Shown here piece after piece: positions 28,419 to 39,961 of a stretch of 59,677 nt of DNA. The notes beneath the pieces were generated by a model. That model was not told the origin of the DNA. It worked only from the letters and a program-made list of their open reading frames with translations, and did not search any database. Source of the stretch: Polyangia bacterium. Its GTDB lineage: Bacteria > Myxococcota_A > Polyangia > JAAYKL01. The stretch is taken from assembly GCA_050287845.1 (NCBI GenBank), contig JBNKCR010000033.1, positions 1 to 59,677 on the forward strand, given 5' to 3'. Position 1 is the first letter of the stretch. Every line of letters begins with the position of its first letter. The translations under genes and the position numbers were made by a program.

Positions 28419-29903
28419 ATGACCATTCGCATTCAGGATTTAATGGAAGAAAGTGGCGTGAAGTTTGGCACCAGCGGTGCCCGGGGGCTGGCTGTGCAGA
28501 TGACCGATCGGGTTTGCTACACATACACCAGGGGGTTTCTGCAGTATCTGGCGTCGGTGGGCAACATCACGTCGGGTTCAGCGGTGGCGATTGCCGGCGA
28601 CTTTCGCCCCAGTACCGACCAGATTATGGCAGCGGTGGGCAAAGCCGTATCAGACTGCGGCTACACACCGATAAACTGCGGAAAAATTCCATCCCCTGCA
28701 GTGGCGCTCAAGGGTATTTCTGACAGGATTCCTGCGATTATGGTAACTGGAAGCCATATTCCCGCAGACCGTAACGGTATCAAGTTCAACACGCCGGACG
28801 GGGAAATCCTCAAAGAGGATGAAGCGGGCATCCGGGAACAGCAGGTGGACCTGGACGGCGGTCTGTTCAATAAAGACGGAAACTTTCTTTCACCGCATCC
28901 GCTGCCGGCAACGGATGACAGCGCAAAGAAAGCCTATATTGCGCGATATCTGGATTTTTTTCCAGACGATGCACTGGCCGGTCTGTCCATTGGGGTCTAC
29001 CAGCACTCCGCGGTGGGAAGGGATATACTGGTGGACATTTATCAGGGGCTGGGGGCTACGGTAACACCGCTGGAACGTTCTGAAACATTTATCCCAGTGG
29101 ATACCGAAGCGATTCGCGCGGAGGATGTGGCGCTGGCCAGGAAATGGTGCAGCACCGGCAAGTACTTTGCCATTGTATCCACAGATGGCGACAGTGACCG
29201 ACCGTTGATTTCAGACGAAAATGGCACGTGGCTGCGCGGGGATGTGGCCGGAATTCTCGGTGCCCGATATTTGGGTGCGGATTCGGTCAGCACCCCGGTC
29301 AGCTGCAACTCCGCCGCCGAAAAAAGCGGCTTTTTCGTGAAAGTACACAGAACCCGCATCGGATCACCGTTTGTTATTGCATCGATGAACGAAGCGGTGA
29401 CCGCCGGCGCCCTGATGGCAATTGGATACGAAGCCAATGGCGGATTTCTCACCAACAGCCCGCTGCGGCGATACGACAGAACCCTCGCCGCGTTGCCCAC
29501 GCGCGATGCAGTCATTCTGCATCTGACCATTCTTCTGTTGGCGCGACAGGAGGGACGCAGCATCAGCGAGCTGTGCGCCACCCTGCCCCAGCGGTTCACC
29601 GCCAGCGATCGCCTTCAGGAATTTCCTCTGGAAAGCAGCCGTGCCATTCTGGACACGTTCAGTACCGGCAACGAAGATACCGATGGGACCGCCATCGAAA
29701 AATCGTTTGGCGCCCTTTGCGGCAAGGTAGCCGGCATTGACCGTACCGACGGAGTTCGCATCACATTTGAAAACGAGGAAGTGGTTCACCTGCGCCCCTC
29801 GGGCAATGCCCCTGAGTTCCGATGTTATACCGAAGCCGCCACCAACGACCGTGCTGTTGAACTGAACCGCCAGTGCATGGACCAATTGCGAAAGATGATT
29901 TAA
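28419..29903 (+). CDS. manB: Phosphomannomutase/phosphoglucomutase
   Basis: FGTSGARG, TGSHIP (phosphoserine), DGDSDR, GYEANGG and HLRPSGNAPEFRCY motifs. Confidence 0.92.
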   Translation: MTIRIQDLMEESGVKFGTSGARGLAVQMTDRVCYTYTRGFLQYLASVGNITSGSAVAIAGDFRPSTDQIMAAVGKAVSDCGYTPINCGKIPSPAVALKGISDRIPAIMVTGSHIPADRNGIKFNTPDGEILKEDEAGIREQQVDLDGGLFNKDGNFLSPHPLPATDDSAKKAYIARYLDFFPDDALAGLSIGVYQHSAVGRDILVDIYQGLGATVTPLERSETFIPVDTEAIRAEDVALARKWCSTGKYFAIVSTDGDSDRPLISDENGTWLRGDVAGILGARYLGADSVSTPVSCNSAAEKSGFFVKVHRTRIGSPFVIASMNEAVTAGALMAIGYEANGGFLTNSPLRRYDRTLAALPTRDAVILHLTILLLARQEGRSISELCATLPQRFTASDRLQEFPLESSRAILDTFSTGNEDTDGTAIEKSFGALCGKVAGIDRTDGVRITFENEEVVHLRPSGNAPEFRCYTEAATNDRAVELNRQCMDQLRKMI

Positions 29904-29921
29904 CGAAGTCTTCGGGAACGC

Positions 29922-32900
29922 TCACATGGCGCCGTAGGCTTTTCCGGCGTAGCCGGAGTTACCGGGGGTCTCAAAGGTGTATTCCGTCGATTCGGATTCA
30001 ACATCTGCCGGTTGATTTTCTTTTTTCAGGATACATTTCCACTTAAAAGATGTGTTTACCGGAAGCCTCGTGACCACGCCGGTCCAGACCGGTTCCGATG
30101 GCCCGGGACCTCTTCCGTCGGTGGGTGGATTGTAAATGTATTCCCAATAAACGTTGGGGTCCAGCTTCACGGCCTTGCTCACGTCACCGTCCCCCAACCG
30201 GGGAATGTCGCCAACCACATAAATACTCTGCCCCGGTACTGTCGTGCCCCGGTCGCAGACAAAGTTAACCGATGATACCGGGGTTGCCGCGCGAAGAGAG
30301 AACTTGAATTCCTTTTTCGTTGCCACATCCACCGTATCTGATTTGGCGGCGATAAAATTGATGGACGCGTTGAACCACCCGCTTCTGGCCGCGCGAAACG
30401 CTTCGAGGGAGGGTTGTTTGGGCAATGGCGTTCCATTCAGGGTCACGCCGGTGGCCTCTGCGTCTTTTACAATGAGTTTCACCACGTTCTGCCGGCTGCC
30501 CGCAAGCGCCTCGATGGGCACCTCGGTATTGACATTCACTGCCGGATCAATCGTTACCGCGACCGTTCTTCCTCGCATCTGTTGCGAAATCTCAGTGGTA
30601 CGGTACTGATATACGGGCCGCCCCTCCGCATCGTAACTGAGCGTCATTCCGTCGTCTTCGTACAGGGAAAATGTCGACTTCTTTGTGCCCGCATACACTC
30701 TGACTACCAACTCGTCCCGATTCGGGGAACCGAATCCACGATGACCAAATACATCTTTGGTATCCGTCTTTACCACCATCTGAGGCAGGATAGCGCCCTG
30801 ACGGACAAAAGCGGGAAGCCGGAAATAACCGGACCGATATTCCGGAATGTCGGCCACCCACTCGCCTTCACTCTCCACCCATTCGTTGGTGTGATAGTTC
30901 ACCCATTTTCCTGCGGGCAGATACATGTTTCGTTCGTACTCGCCATATCCGGCCGCAATACCGACCAGTATGTCTTTGCCAATCATTTTCTCGTGACCAA
31001 CCTGTCTGAGTGCTGCATCATTCTGATAATAAAATACTGGAGGTGCAATCACCGGCTCGCCATAGAGGAAAGCCCTGTAAGCCAGGGAGTAGTAATATGG
31101 AATCAGCTCGTATCGCTGCCGAATATTCACCAGGTTGCTCATTTCCTTGCCCACCAGGTGGGGGGCAGTGTCGTACGGAGGATTTACTTTGGCAAATTCG
31201 TTGTCGGTATGGGGCCGAACCGGCACATCGAACCACGCACTGTTGGCAAACCACTGGGTGTAGTTTTCGGCGTCGTATCCGCGATACTTACCCTGCTTGT
31301 CATTGTGGGGCAACACTTCTCTTCTGAACCCGCCGCAATCTGACGAGTAGTAATCGATTCCCGAAAAAGACATATGCATCTGGGCATTCATATGGGTGGC
31401 CAGAGACTGCAGATTGCTGGCGATATCACCGGACCACATGGCCGCACCAAAACGCTGCGTGCCGGCGGCACCCGATCTTGTGAGAATAAACGGCCGGGCA
31501 TTCACCACGCCGAGATTGTCCGCGGTTCCCTTCTTGCTCACATATCCATCCCAAATGGATTTGTTCCACAGCAGATTGTAAATGTTATGAATATCGCTGT
31601 GTTCATTCTTCACGCCTGCTGCTGTGGTTTCCACGCCGTTATAGCAGGCAGCAGGGTCGTAACCCTCCGGTTCACCCAAATCGGTCCAGTGGGTGTGAAC
31701 TCCCATTTGAACCAGATTGGGAAACCGCCGGTTGTCGTGAATCCACTTGCCCGTATCCGGATTTGACCAGTCCAGCATGTACCCCTCCCCCCAGAATCCG
31801 GCGGTGACGGTGGGCTGACTTCGATTCATATCATCGCATCTGTCTCCAGTTCTCTGAAATGCAATCAGATTCCCCGGAATCTGCTGAAAGGTGTCCACGT
31901 ATTGGGTGTTGGCCAGATAGGATTCCTCGATAGCTGCCAGAGAGATAAAGTCACTGGCGTATTCCTTCAACTTTGCGGCTGGCTCCAGAAAGAAGTACCC
32001 GTTTCCACCATCTTCCTCCCAGTTGAGTCTTCCCATTCTGCTTTGGGCATTGTCTTCCAGGTTGATGCCGCCAAACCAGTTCAAATCCAGCACGAATCCA
32101 TCCACGGGAAACGTATTGTTGCGCAGGCCCCGGAGAAGCCGGTCAATCTGTTCGAAATTGTCATATCCAAACTCCGACACCCACATGCCGAACGCTTTTC
32201 TGGGCGGCACCGGCGGCGTCCCCGTCAATTCCATATATGCACTGCGGATGGCTGGCAGATGGGCCCCGGTAATTATATAAAATCGCACCTGGTCACCGTA
32301 AGCGCGCACCTTCCACCAATTGGTGCTGAAATCCCATCGCTGTCGGTACACGTTGTCAAAAAACAACGCATAATTCAGACTGTTATCGCCAATGGCATAC
32401 ATTACCGGAATCTGCACATTCCCCACCGCAGCCTCCTGAAACAAATCAAAACTGTTTCCCATCACGCCACCTTCTCTGACACCGAGTGCCATCCAGTCCC
32501 CATTGGATGACCCCAGATTCTTCAACTGTTGCCCCAGACCATAAACGCCTCTGATCTTCCCCGGGTCGATGTTGAATCCCTTGAACGCCGAGAACATGTC
32601 ATCCGGACAGATGGTTGTCAGGTACTGGCGGGCGCCGGTTCGGTTCTTCACCGAGACACACAGATTCTGTGCATTGACTTCCACCCGGGTTGTTTTCGTT
32701 TCCAACACATTTGCCGAAACGGAAAACTGTGTCGGGCCATCGTAGTTGCTTTTCAAAACCATGGGGGAGGCATACAGCGCCTGATCGGTTGGCGGGCCCT
32801 CTCCCATTGCAGAAACTTCACAATGTATCAGGTCGTCATTCAATACCTCAACAACCAGGTAGATACTTCCGTTGGAGAATTTACGGCGCTGCACCTCAGC

Positions 32901-32966
32901 GGATGCACTTCCGCAAAAAAACAGAACCGCCAACCCCACAACGATAGCTCGGGCAAGAATACACAT
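29922..32966 (-). CDS. Secreted GH31 alpha-glucosidase/glucan-active enzyme with C-terminal CBM20
   Basis: Signal peptide; LDLNW, WTDLGEPE, WSGD and DCGGF motifs; CBM20 TVPGQSIYVVGDIPRLG...FKWKC. Confidence 0.9.
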   Translation of the reverse strand: MCILARAIVVGLAVLFFCGSASAEVQRRKFSNGSIYLVVEVLNDDLIHCEVSAMGEGPPTDQALYASPMVLKSNYDGPTQFSVSANVLETKTTRVEVNAQNLCVSVKNRTGARQYLTTICPDDMFSAFKGFNIDPGKIRGVYGLGQQLKNLGSSNGDWMALGVREGGVMGNSFDLFQEAAVGNVQIPVMYAIGDNSLNYALFFDNVYRQRWDFSTNWWKVRAYGDQVRFYIITGAHLPAIRSAYMELTGTPPVPPRKAFGMWVSEFGYDNFEQIDRLLRGLRNNTFPVDGFVLDLNWFGGINLEDNAQSRMGRLNWEEDGGNGYFFLEPAAKLKEYASDFISLAAIEESYLANTQYVDTFQQIPGNLIAFQRTGDRCDDMNRSQPTVTAGFWGEGYMLDWSNPDTGKWIHDNRRFPNLVQMGVHTHWTDLGEPEGYDPAACYNGVETTAAGVKNEHSDIHNIYNLLWNKSIWDGYVSKKGTADNLGVVNARPFILTRSGAAGTQRFGAAMWSGDIASNLQSLATHMNAQMHMSFSGIDYYSSDCGGFRREVLPHNDKQGKYRGYDAENYTQWFANSAWFDVPVRPHTDNEFAKVNPPYDTAPHLVGKEMSNLVNIRQRYELIPYYYSLAYRAFLYGEPVIAPPVFYYQNDAALRQVGHEKMIGKDILVGIAAGYGEYERNMYLPAGKWVNYHTNEWVESEGEWVADIPEYRSGYFRLPAFVRQGAILPQMVVKTDTKDVFGHRGFGSPNRDELVVRVYAGTKKSTFSLYEDDGMTLSYDAEGRPVYQYRTTEISQQMRGRTVAVTIDPAVNVNTEVPIEALAGSRQNVVKLIVKDAEATGVTLNGTPLPKQPSLEAFRAARSGWFNASINFIAAKSDTVDVATKKEFKFSLRAATPVSSVNFVCDRGTTVPGQSIYVVGDIPRLGDGDVSKAVKLDPNVYWEYIYNPPTDGRGPGPSEPVWTGVVTRLPVNTSFKWKCILKKENQPADVESESTEYTFETPGNSGYAGKAYGAM

Positions 32967-33215
32967 GCAAATGTCCTTTCGTTATTCATTTCAATCCGTT
33001 TCGATAAAATTACATCAACCGGGAATCCCCTGGAAACGACGGGACGACCTTCGGGCGACAGGGAGGAGCACCGGACAGAAGTATCGGTAATTCCCATTCA
33101 TTCCAGCAGCTATTTCATGCGCTACACAATCTTGCCCTGGAAATTCCCGGTTGCAACCACCAAACTGAAAAAAATTATGAGGCGTTTTTCAATCGGAAAT
33201 GATAATGGTCGTGCT

Positions 33216-35180
33216 ATGAAAGGTTTTCGTTCTCTCTTTACTTATATTCAGAATATCACCCGGTTTGGCGAACGCCTGATGGACGGCATGCTGGGGCTCG
33301 TTTCATGGCTGCCGTGGACACTGCTTGCGGGCATGCTACCAGGAATAATCGTCTGGCAGTTCCGCTATGCGTTTCAATTGCGCAACATGTTCACCAACCA
33401 GGTAACAACGAAACCGATAATTGCCCTCTATGCCGGTATTTCCAGCGCGGTTTACCTGGGACTGTGTTTTGGCGCCTACCGTCTTTTCCGACAGCGCCAT
33501 GGCTCAACCTTCACTGCCCTGTGCCGCAGTGTAAATCGATTTGCCTCGGGATTCCTTCTGGTACTTATATATATTTTCCTGCAATCGCGTCCTGTCTCGG
33601 AAAAGGCTCCCTTTGTTTCCATGCTGCTGTGCACGGTGGCGGGTATCATTGCAGCAGTTATTGCGTACGGTGTACCCTGGGCTGGCACGTTCTTCGGACC
33701 TCGCGACGGAAAACTGCGCAAATGGCCGCTGCTGGTGGCCGTGGCATTCGCCGCTGTGTGGGCTGCGGCCATCGTTCATCTGGAGTTCACCCATCACGCC
33801 GCATTGAGAACCAACGACTGGGACTTTGGATTATATATCAACACCATGTGGAAGAGTCTCCATGGTGATTTGCTGGGATGTTCCCTGTTTCGGATGGGCA
33901 ACCATGGCTATCTGCATTTCGATCCCATCCTGATCCTGCTGTCGCCGATTCTATTGATATATCCAGGGCCGGAGTCCCTTATCGTGCTGCAGGGAGTATG
34001 GGTCGCCAGCGGTGTGATTCCCCTGTATCTTCTGGCATCGAGGCACAGTAAAAATGAATGGCTGGGAGTGATTCTCGCCACTGCCTACCTGCTGCATCCG
34101 GCGCTTCACGGACCGAGCATTTACGACTTTCACTCGCTGACACTTGCCGCACCGCTTTTACTGTGGTGCCTGCATTTTCTCGACGCACAGAAAATGGGGT
34201 GGTTTTTCTTTTTCATCTGTCTGCTGCTGATAACCCGCGAAGACATGAGCGGCCTCGCCATTCTTATTGGTCTGTATGCATATATCAGCGGAAAATCAAA
34301 ACCCGTAGCGCTGGGTGTCATCGCCCTCTCGGGGATCTACGCGCTGGTTGCCTACATCGCCGTCATCTACCACGGACATTCATATAGCGGCTATTTTAAA
34401 GAAATGCAGGGAGAAAGCAGACCGGTATTGCTGAATATCGTTCTGACCGCTCTGACCAATCCCATGTTCATGATCAAATACATGCTGACTGAAAGAAAAT
34501 TGATCTACATCCTCCAGCTGATTGTTCCCCTCCTGTTTCTGCCAATATTCGCCCGCAAACATCTGGTTCTGTACCTGGGAGGGTTGGCCATCACCCTTCT
34601 GGGCACCAAAAACTGTCTCAGCAGCATATCAATGCAATATTCCATCTGGTGGTTGCCGTTCATGTTTGCCGCAGTGCCCACAGCCATTGACGCGTGCTCC
34701 CGGGGGTTGGCGGCCCAGGCATTTAAACTGGACGCGGCCAGGCTGCGTGCGGCGCTTGTGATTGGTGTTCTCCTTTCCTCGTTCACCATGTCGGTCGCAT
34801 ATGGCGCATTCTGGCCCAATCCCGCATTTCGCACCGGATACGACAAACTGGTGCGAGAACTCGATGAGAATCATTTGGAGCGCCTTGAGACTGTGGAAAA
34901 AATAAAAAAAATGATTCCCCCGGATGCAACGGTCATGGCGTCCCAACACCTGGTTTCCCATTTCGCCATTCGCGATTGGATTTGGGGCTTTGACAGACCC
35001 GGGTACCATGTGGACAAGCCCGAATACGCCGTCATCTGGAAACGGGATATGCGGTCGAAAAAAGATTACAAAGTGAAGTTGCGCAAACAGAATCTGAAAA
35101 TGTTGGAAAATCGCAAATTATACAAACGTGTACTCAGAGAAAACGGCATCACACTCTACAAACGAAAATCCAGTGATTAG
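33216..35180 (+). CDS. DUF2079 polytopic membrane protein (GT-C-like)
   Basis: WDFGLYINTMW, HFDPIL, YDFH and REDM motifs; many TMs. Start approximate; the track ORF N-terminus is antisense to GH31. Confidence 0.8.
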   Translation: MKGFRSLFTYIQNITRFGERLMDGMLGLVSWLPWTLLAGMLPGIIVWQFRYAFQLRNMFTNQVTTKPIIALYAGISSAVYLGLCFGAYRLFRQRHGSTFTALCRSVNRFASGFLLVLIYIFLQSRPVSEKAPFVSMLLCTVAGIIAAVIAYGVPWAGTFFGPRDGKLRKWPLLVAVAFAAVWAAAIVHLEFTHHAALRTNDWDFGLYINTMWKSLHGDLLGCSLFRMGNHGYLHFDPILILLSPILLIYPGPESLIVLQGVWVASGVIPLYLLASRHSKNEWLGVILATAYLLHPALHGPSIYDFHSLTLAAPLLLWCLHFLDAQKMGWFFFFICLLLITREDMSGLAILIGLYAYISGKSKPVALGVIALSGIYALVAYIAVIYHGHSYSGYFKEMQGESRPVLLNIVLTALTNPMFMIKYMLTERKLIYILQLIVPLLFLPIFARKHLVLYLGGLAITLLGTKNCLSSISMQYSIWWLPFMFAAVPTAIDACSRGLAAQAFKLDAARLRAALVIGVLLSSFTMSVAYGAFWPNPAFRTGYDKLVRELDENHLERLETVEKIKKMIPPDATVMASQHLVSHFAIRDWIWGFDRPGYHVDKPEYAVIWKRDMRSKKDYKVKLRKQNLKMLENRKLYKRVLRENGITLYKRKSSD

Positions 35181-35329
35181 CCCGTCGCAAATTATTGCAC
35201 CGCCATCAGATCGCAGACCGCAACGTCCAATTTGAACAATTCAGAACCGCAGTTTAAACAGAATCTATTCTTCTCATTGAGGGTTCCCATTTTTTTAACT
35301 CGGACGAAACGTGGATACTGCAGTTGCAT

Positions 35330-36592
35330 TCATTTCAATTCACTTCCGGCAAAAACCGGATAACACGATATGGATACATTGTTTTCAGTACGTGGCTGAT
35401 TTGAAAGAAATAATGCGCCAAGCATCAGATTGCCATGCCCATAAACACCCGGCTGCACACACCCCATTTCACCGAAAGTAAATCCCGCGATGAATGGCGC
35501 CGGGTTTCCCGAACGATAGTTGCTCAGCATTTCATCAGACTTCTCCCGGATAGCAGTCAAGCATCCCGCACAGTAAATCATGATTGACCCCACAAGCATT
35601 TCGGCATCCAGCGAGGATCTGGAAAGGGCTACCCGACTGAGACGTTGTGGTCGTTTTACAAGCGACTCCGTCTGGGAAAACATCAGAAACAACTCTTCGC
35701 CTTCCTCAACATCGGCAAATAGTTTAACGGACTGATCCGGCAAAACTTCCTCCGGATGAATCAACAGGAATGTGCAGATACCATTTCCAATATCCTTCGA
35801 AATCCCCAATGGCTTCAATGTTGTTTCCTTCAGAATATTTCCCCCATTGAGCTTATGCGCCAATGCGCCATTCATCCATTCATTGTAAACGATGGCTGCG
35901 GGGCGATGGTCGATGGTTTTAAGTATTCGTGAATTCACCACATCGGTCGCTACCCCTTTTTTACCGGCCATCATATATCCACTTTCAAAGTGGGCATGCA
36001 GTTCCCATGGCCAGTTGCATACGGCGAGAACCGCGCCATGCTGGCCTATTCCCACTTCATTCCATATATACCAGTCCGGTGCAAATGCAGTGCTGGCAAT
36101 GCCGCCCCCCAGTACGGGCGTATTTTCGGGAATCACCTCGTAAATACCTTTGAGGATTTGCTTTTCGCCTCCCGGAGAGGAGAATAAAATGGCAAAGCGA
36201 ATATCCTGCGCAGAAACATTTCCATTGCCAACTGCATCGCGGGCCAGATCCGCTCCCCATTTCTGGAGTTCAGACGGGTTTCCGGAACGAAAACCCGTGC
36301 CAATCTGATAGCCGGAGCCGTAGAACACCATCGCCGTGGCGCTCGGTGACTGAAGGAATCCGTTTTCAGAACCAACACCCAGATGGGAAGTAGTTCCCAG
36401 AATCGGTATATTCGAAAAGTCAGAAATGAAGGCTTCCCTGAATCGCGGTATGTCAATCCCCGCTGAAGTAAATACGATAATCCCCCTCAGGTCCAAATCC
36501 GTGACTTCGGCACGGATTTTTGCTGCAAGCTGCTCTGCCATTGCAATCGCATCAGATTGATTTGCGGAAAAACTTTTAATGCTCGCAATCAT
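35330..36592 (-). CDS. FIST N/C domain protein
   Basis: PILGTTS, PVLGGG, TIDHRPAA.VY..W, YCAGC and GFTFGEMG...HGNL motifs. Confidence 0.88.
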   Translation of the reverse strand: MIASIKSFSANQSDAIAMAEQLAAKIRAEVTDLDLRGIIVFTSAGIDIPRFREAFISDFSNIPILGTTSHLGVGSENGFLQSPSATAMVFYGSGYQIGTGFRSGNPSELQKWGADLARDAVGNGNVSAQDIRFAILFSSPGGEKQILKGIYEVIPENTPVLGGGIASTAFAPDWYIWNEVGIGQHGAVLAVCNWPWELHAHFESGYMMAGKKGVATDVVNSRILKTIDHRPAAIVYNEWMNGALAHKLNGGNILKETTLKPLGISKDIGNGICTFLLIHPEEVLPDQSVKLFADVEEGEELFLMFSQTESLVKRPQRLSRVALSRSSLDAEMLVGSIMIYCAGCLTAIREKSDEMLSNYRSGNPAPFIAGFTFGEMGCVQPGVYGHGNLMLGALFLSNQPRTENNVSISCYPVFAGSELK

Positions 36593-36871
36593 ATTCTTCT
36601 TCCTTCGTTTCAAGTTTTCGGATGTGGTCTGATAAATATGCAGGAAAATTCTAACTGTTCCAGCAACGTGGACAATTTTAAGCGCAATCATGCAATCGAA
36701 TCATTGGGTTCGAGATGATGCACGTTCGTTGCATACGCACCCCGGTATCCGCTACGAAATCAGTGCATCCCGATACACACTGCGAAAAGGACCGGCTGGT
36801 CTGGCGCGCATTATACACGCCAGGGTCCATGGGGGGGGAAATGAGGTATCCATTGAATGGCATATATCTGA

Positions 36872-38773
36872 TTATGACGCTTCGCTGAAATCGGCATCAA
36901 CCACATCGTCATTGCTCCCGCCTGCATTCTGCGAATAACTCGATTGTCCAGCAGTGGATTGGGACGATGGCGCGCCGGTCTGCTGATACATTACTTCAGC
37001 CAACCGATGTGATGCCTTTGTGAGATTTTCAGTTTCCCGTTCCATCCGCGCGGTATCATTCGCGCCGATGGCGGATTTCAAATCGGCAATAGCGTGGTCG
37101 ATAGTCATGGCGTCCGAGGATGAAATCCTGTCACGGTTTTCGTTCAACGTTTTTTCTGTGGTATACAGAAGTTGTTCCGCACGGTGCTTCACCTCAATTT
37201 CCCGGCGACGTTTTTCGTCGTCTTCCCGATGCTGTTCCGCGTCTTTTACCATGCGATCAATTTCACTGTCGCTCAGCCCGGAAGACGTCGTGATGGTAAT
37301 TTTCTGTTCCTTGCCCGTAGCGACATCTTTGGCCGAGACATTGACGATGCCATTGGCATCAATATCAAACGTGACCTCTATTTTCGGTACACCCCTCGGC
37401 GCGGGCAGGATTCCCTCAAGATGAAACTTGCCCAGCGTGCGGTTATCGCCTGCCATCTGGCGTTCTCCCTGCAACACGTGAATCTCTACCGACGTCTGGT
37501 TGTCCGCGGCCGTTGAGTATATCTCGCTTTTCTTCGCCGGGATGGTGGTATTCCTCGGAATCATCACCGTCATCACATTGCCAAGGGTCGCCACACCGAG
37601 AGAAAGGGGGGTCACATCGAGCAGGAGTACGTCCTTCACGTCACCGGAAAGCACGCCGGCCTGTACAGCGGCTCCCATAGCCACAACTTCATCGGGATTC
37701 ACGCCTTTGTGAGGTGCCTTCCCAAAAAAATCCCTCACCTTCTGCTGCACCAGCGGTACCCGGGTGGTTCCCCCCACCAGCACGACCTGGTCAATTTCAC
37801 CCGCATCCTTTCCCGCATCTGCCAGTGCTCGCCCACACGACCCGAGCGATCTGTCCACCAAATCGGTAATCATAGCTTCAAGCTTCGCCCGGCTGAGAGT
37901 GGTATTGAGATGCTTTGGTCCGGACGCATCCGCGGTAAGAAATGGCAGATTAATCTGTGACTCCATTACCGACGACAGTTCAATTTTCGCTTTTTCAGCC
38001 GCCTCCTTCAGCCGCTGTATCACCATTTTGTCGTTGGAGACATCAATTCCCTGTTCCTTTTTAAACTCGGCAATCAACCATTCGATAATTCTCTGGTCAA
38101 TATTATCACCGCCAAGCAGAGTGTCCCCGTTGGTGGCAACCACCTCCACCACATTATCCCCCACATCGAGAATCGATATGTCAAAAGTGCCGCCACCAAA
38201 ATCGTACACAGCTATGGTTTCTTCGCGCTTTTTGTCGAGACCGTATGCCAGGGCTGCTGCTGTGGGCTCATTAACGATACGCTTCACATCCAGTCCAGCA
38301 ATTTTGCCGGCATCCTTTGTTGCCTGACGCTGGGCATCGTTGAAGTATGCCGGTACGGTAATCACGGCACCATCCACGGGTTCACCCAAATAGTCCTCTG
38401 CCGCTTTCTTCAATTTCATCAACACTCTGGCCGACACTTCCGGTGGCGCATGCCGCTTATCTTTCACTGCCACCTGCACATCACCGTTGGATGCCTCAAT
38501 GATTTTATAGGGAACCATGCCAATTTCGTCTTTCACTTCATTAAATCGTCGTCCCATAAATCGCTTTATCGAATAGACTGTCCCTTCCGGGTTGGTCACA
38601 CTCTGCCGCTTGGCCACCTGCCCCACAAGTACTTCTCCGTGGTCATTCCATGCCACCACCGACGGTGTTGTGCGTGCTCCTTCTTCGTTGGGAATAACAA
38701 TCGGGTCATTTCCTTCTATTACTGATACCACACTATTGGTTGTTCCTAAGTCGATGCCAATGGTCTTTCCCAT
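36872..38773 (-). CDS. dnaK: Molecular chaperone DnaK
   Basis: [44 protein letters not shown] and VVDADF motifs; RBS AGGAGG, start 38773. Confidence 0.97.
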   Translation of the reverse strand: MGKTIGIDLGTTNSVVSVIEGNDPIVIPNEEGARTTPSVVAWNDHGEVLVGQVAKRQSVTNPEGTVYSIKRFMGRRFNEVKDEIGMVPYKIIEASNGDVQVAVKDKRHAPPEVSARVLMKLKKAAEDYLGEPVDGAVITVPAYFNDAQRQATKDAGKIAGLDVKRIVNEPTAAALAYGLDKKREETIAVYDFGGGTFDISILDVGDNVVEVVATNGDTLLGGDNIDQRIIEWLIAEFKKEQGIDVSNDKMVIQRLKEAAEKAKIELSSVMESQINLPFLTADASGPKHLNTTLSRAKLEAMITDLVDRSLGSCGRALADAGKDAGEIDQVVLVGGTTRVPLVQQKVRDFFGKAPHKGVNPDEVVAMGAAVQAGVLSGDVKDVLLLDVTPLSLGVATLGNVMTVMIPRNTTIPAKKSEIYSTAADNQTSVEIHVLQGERQMAGDNRTLGKFHLEGILPAPRGVPKIEVTFDIDANGIVNVSAKDVATGKEQKITITTSSGLSDSEIDRMVKDAEQHREDDEKRRREIEVKHRAEQLLYTTEKTLNENRDRISSSDAMTIDHAIADLKSAIGANDTARMERETENLTKASHRLAEVMYQQTGAPSSQSTAGQSSYSQNAGGSNDDVVDADFSEAS

Positions 38774-39145
38774 GGTGTTGCCTCCTTTTTTTTGATAGGC
38801 CATGCGCCCAGTGTCATCCTGCAGAGTAGGCACCTCAGCGAAATGGTAAAGAAGCCAGGAGCGAAATTTATCCATGTAGCCCGACAACGCCTACATGGAA
38901 TGACACAGATTGAAATCCCCCCCATCGCCGGTGGTCTGAAACTGACATATACCCAGATCTTTATTCCATAGATTTTCAGGAACAGTGGCGTCCATCCAAT
39001 TTGCTGCTATATTTGCTTCATTGGACCGGACCAATGCTGGAACGCTTTACCGAATCCCGCCGGATGGTTCGGAGTAATTACAACATGACAAAAGTCAAAT
39101 TGCGAATGTTTTGGATTTGGCAATGAGAAAAAACAGGAATGAATT

Positions 39146-39961
39146 ATGGCACACACGATTGTAGTCGCCAGTGTCAAAGGCGGTTCCGGGAAAACAACCA
39201 CTACGTTGAATCTGTCGGTTGCCCTCGCAGAGAGAGGGCGATCGGTGGTGATGATTGATCTGGATCCGCAGGGAAGCATTGGCCTGGCATTGGCGCAGAA
39301 AGACACTGAATGGGCTGGTCTGGCAGAATATCTGATGAAAACCGCCCCCCTTGAAAACGTTGTTCTAAAAACCAAAATGAATGGACTATCCATTCTGCCC
39401 AGAGGCCGACTGAATGCTGTCGACGTTTGTGAGTTTGAAAAAGTGATTTTCGATTCAGATGCGCTCACAGTGATCACAGAAAAATTGTCTTCACAATATG
39501 ATTATATATTGATGGATACACCTTCCGGTCTGGGAATGATCACCCGCGCAGCCATGCGGGTCTGCACGCATCTGCTCACGACATTTCAGGCGGAACCGAT
39601 GGCTCTGAGATCGGTCTCGCAATTACTTCGAGTAATAGAACATGTGAAAAAAAGCGAAAATCCAAACCTGACGCTGCTCGGTATCCTCCCCACGATGGTG
39701 AACATGGAAAATGACGCCTCCATGGGGGTGATGAATACTGTATGGTCTGGATTTGGCGGCATTCTGGATACGTATGTTCCCCGTGCCGACATCTTCCTCA
39801 CTGCCAGCGAGGCAGGCGTACCGGTCGATTTTCTGCCGGGGAAAAAACGTCCCGAGGCCAGACGATTTGAAAAGTTGTCAATGGAAATAGAAATTTTAAT
39901 TGCCCAACTGGGTGATGAAGCAGCGGAAGGCAATGAACGTGTTCAAAGAAAACTTGTATAG
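39146..39961 (+). CDS. ParA/MinD family ATPase
   Basis: KGGSGKTT deviant Walker A; IDLDPQGS; DYILMDTPSG. Confidence 0.92.
   Translation: MAHTIVVASVKGGSGKTTTTLNLSVALAERGRSVVMIDLDPQGSIGLALAQKDTEWAGLAEYLMKTAPLENVVLKTKMNGLSILPRGRLNAVDVCEFEKVIFDSDALTVITEKLSSQYDYILMDTPSGLGMITRAAMRVCTHLLTTFQAEPMALRSVSQLLRVIEHVKKSENPNLTLLGILPTMVNMENDASMGVMNTVWSGFGGILDTYVPRADIFLTASEAGVPVDFLPGKKRPEARRFEKLSMEIEILIAQLGDEAAEGNERVQRKLV

Noticed and set aside
32529..33215. 883-aa ORF suggesting a long N-terminal fusion on DUF2079
   Set aside because: The first ~146 codons are antisense to GH31 and the rest looks intergenic; the real start is probably near 33216.
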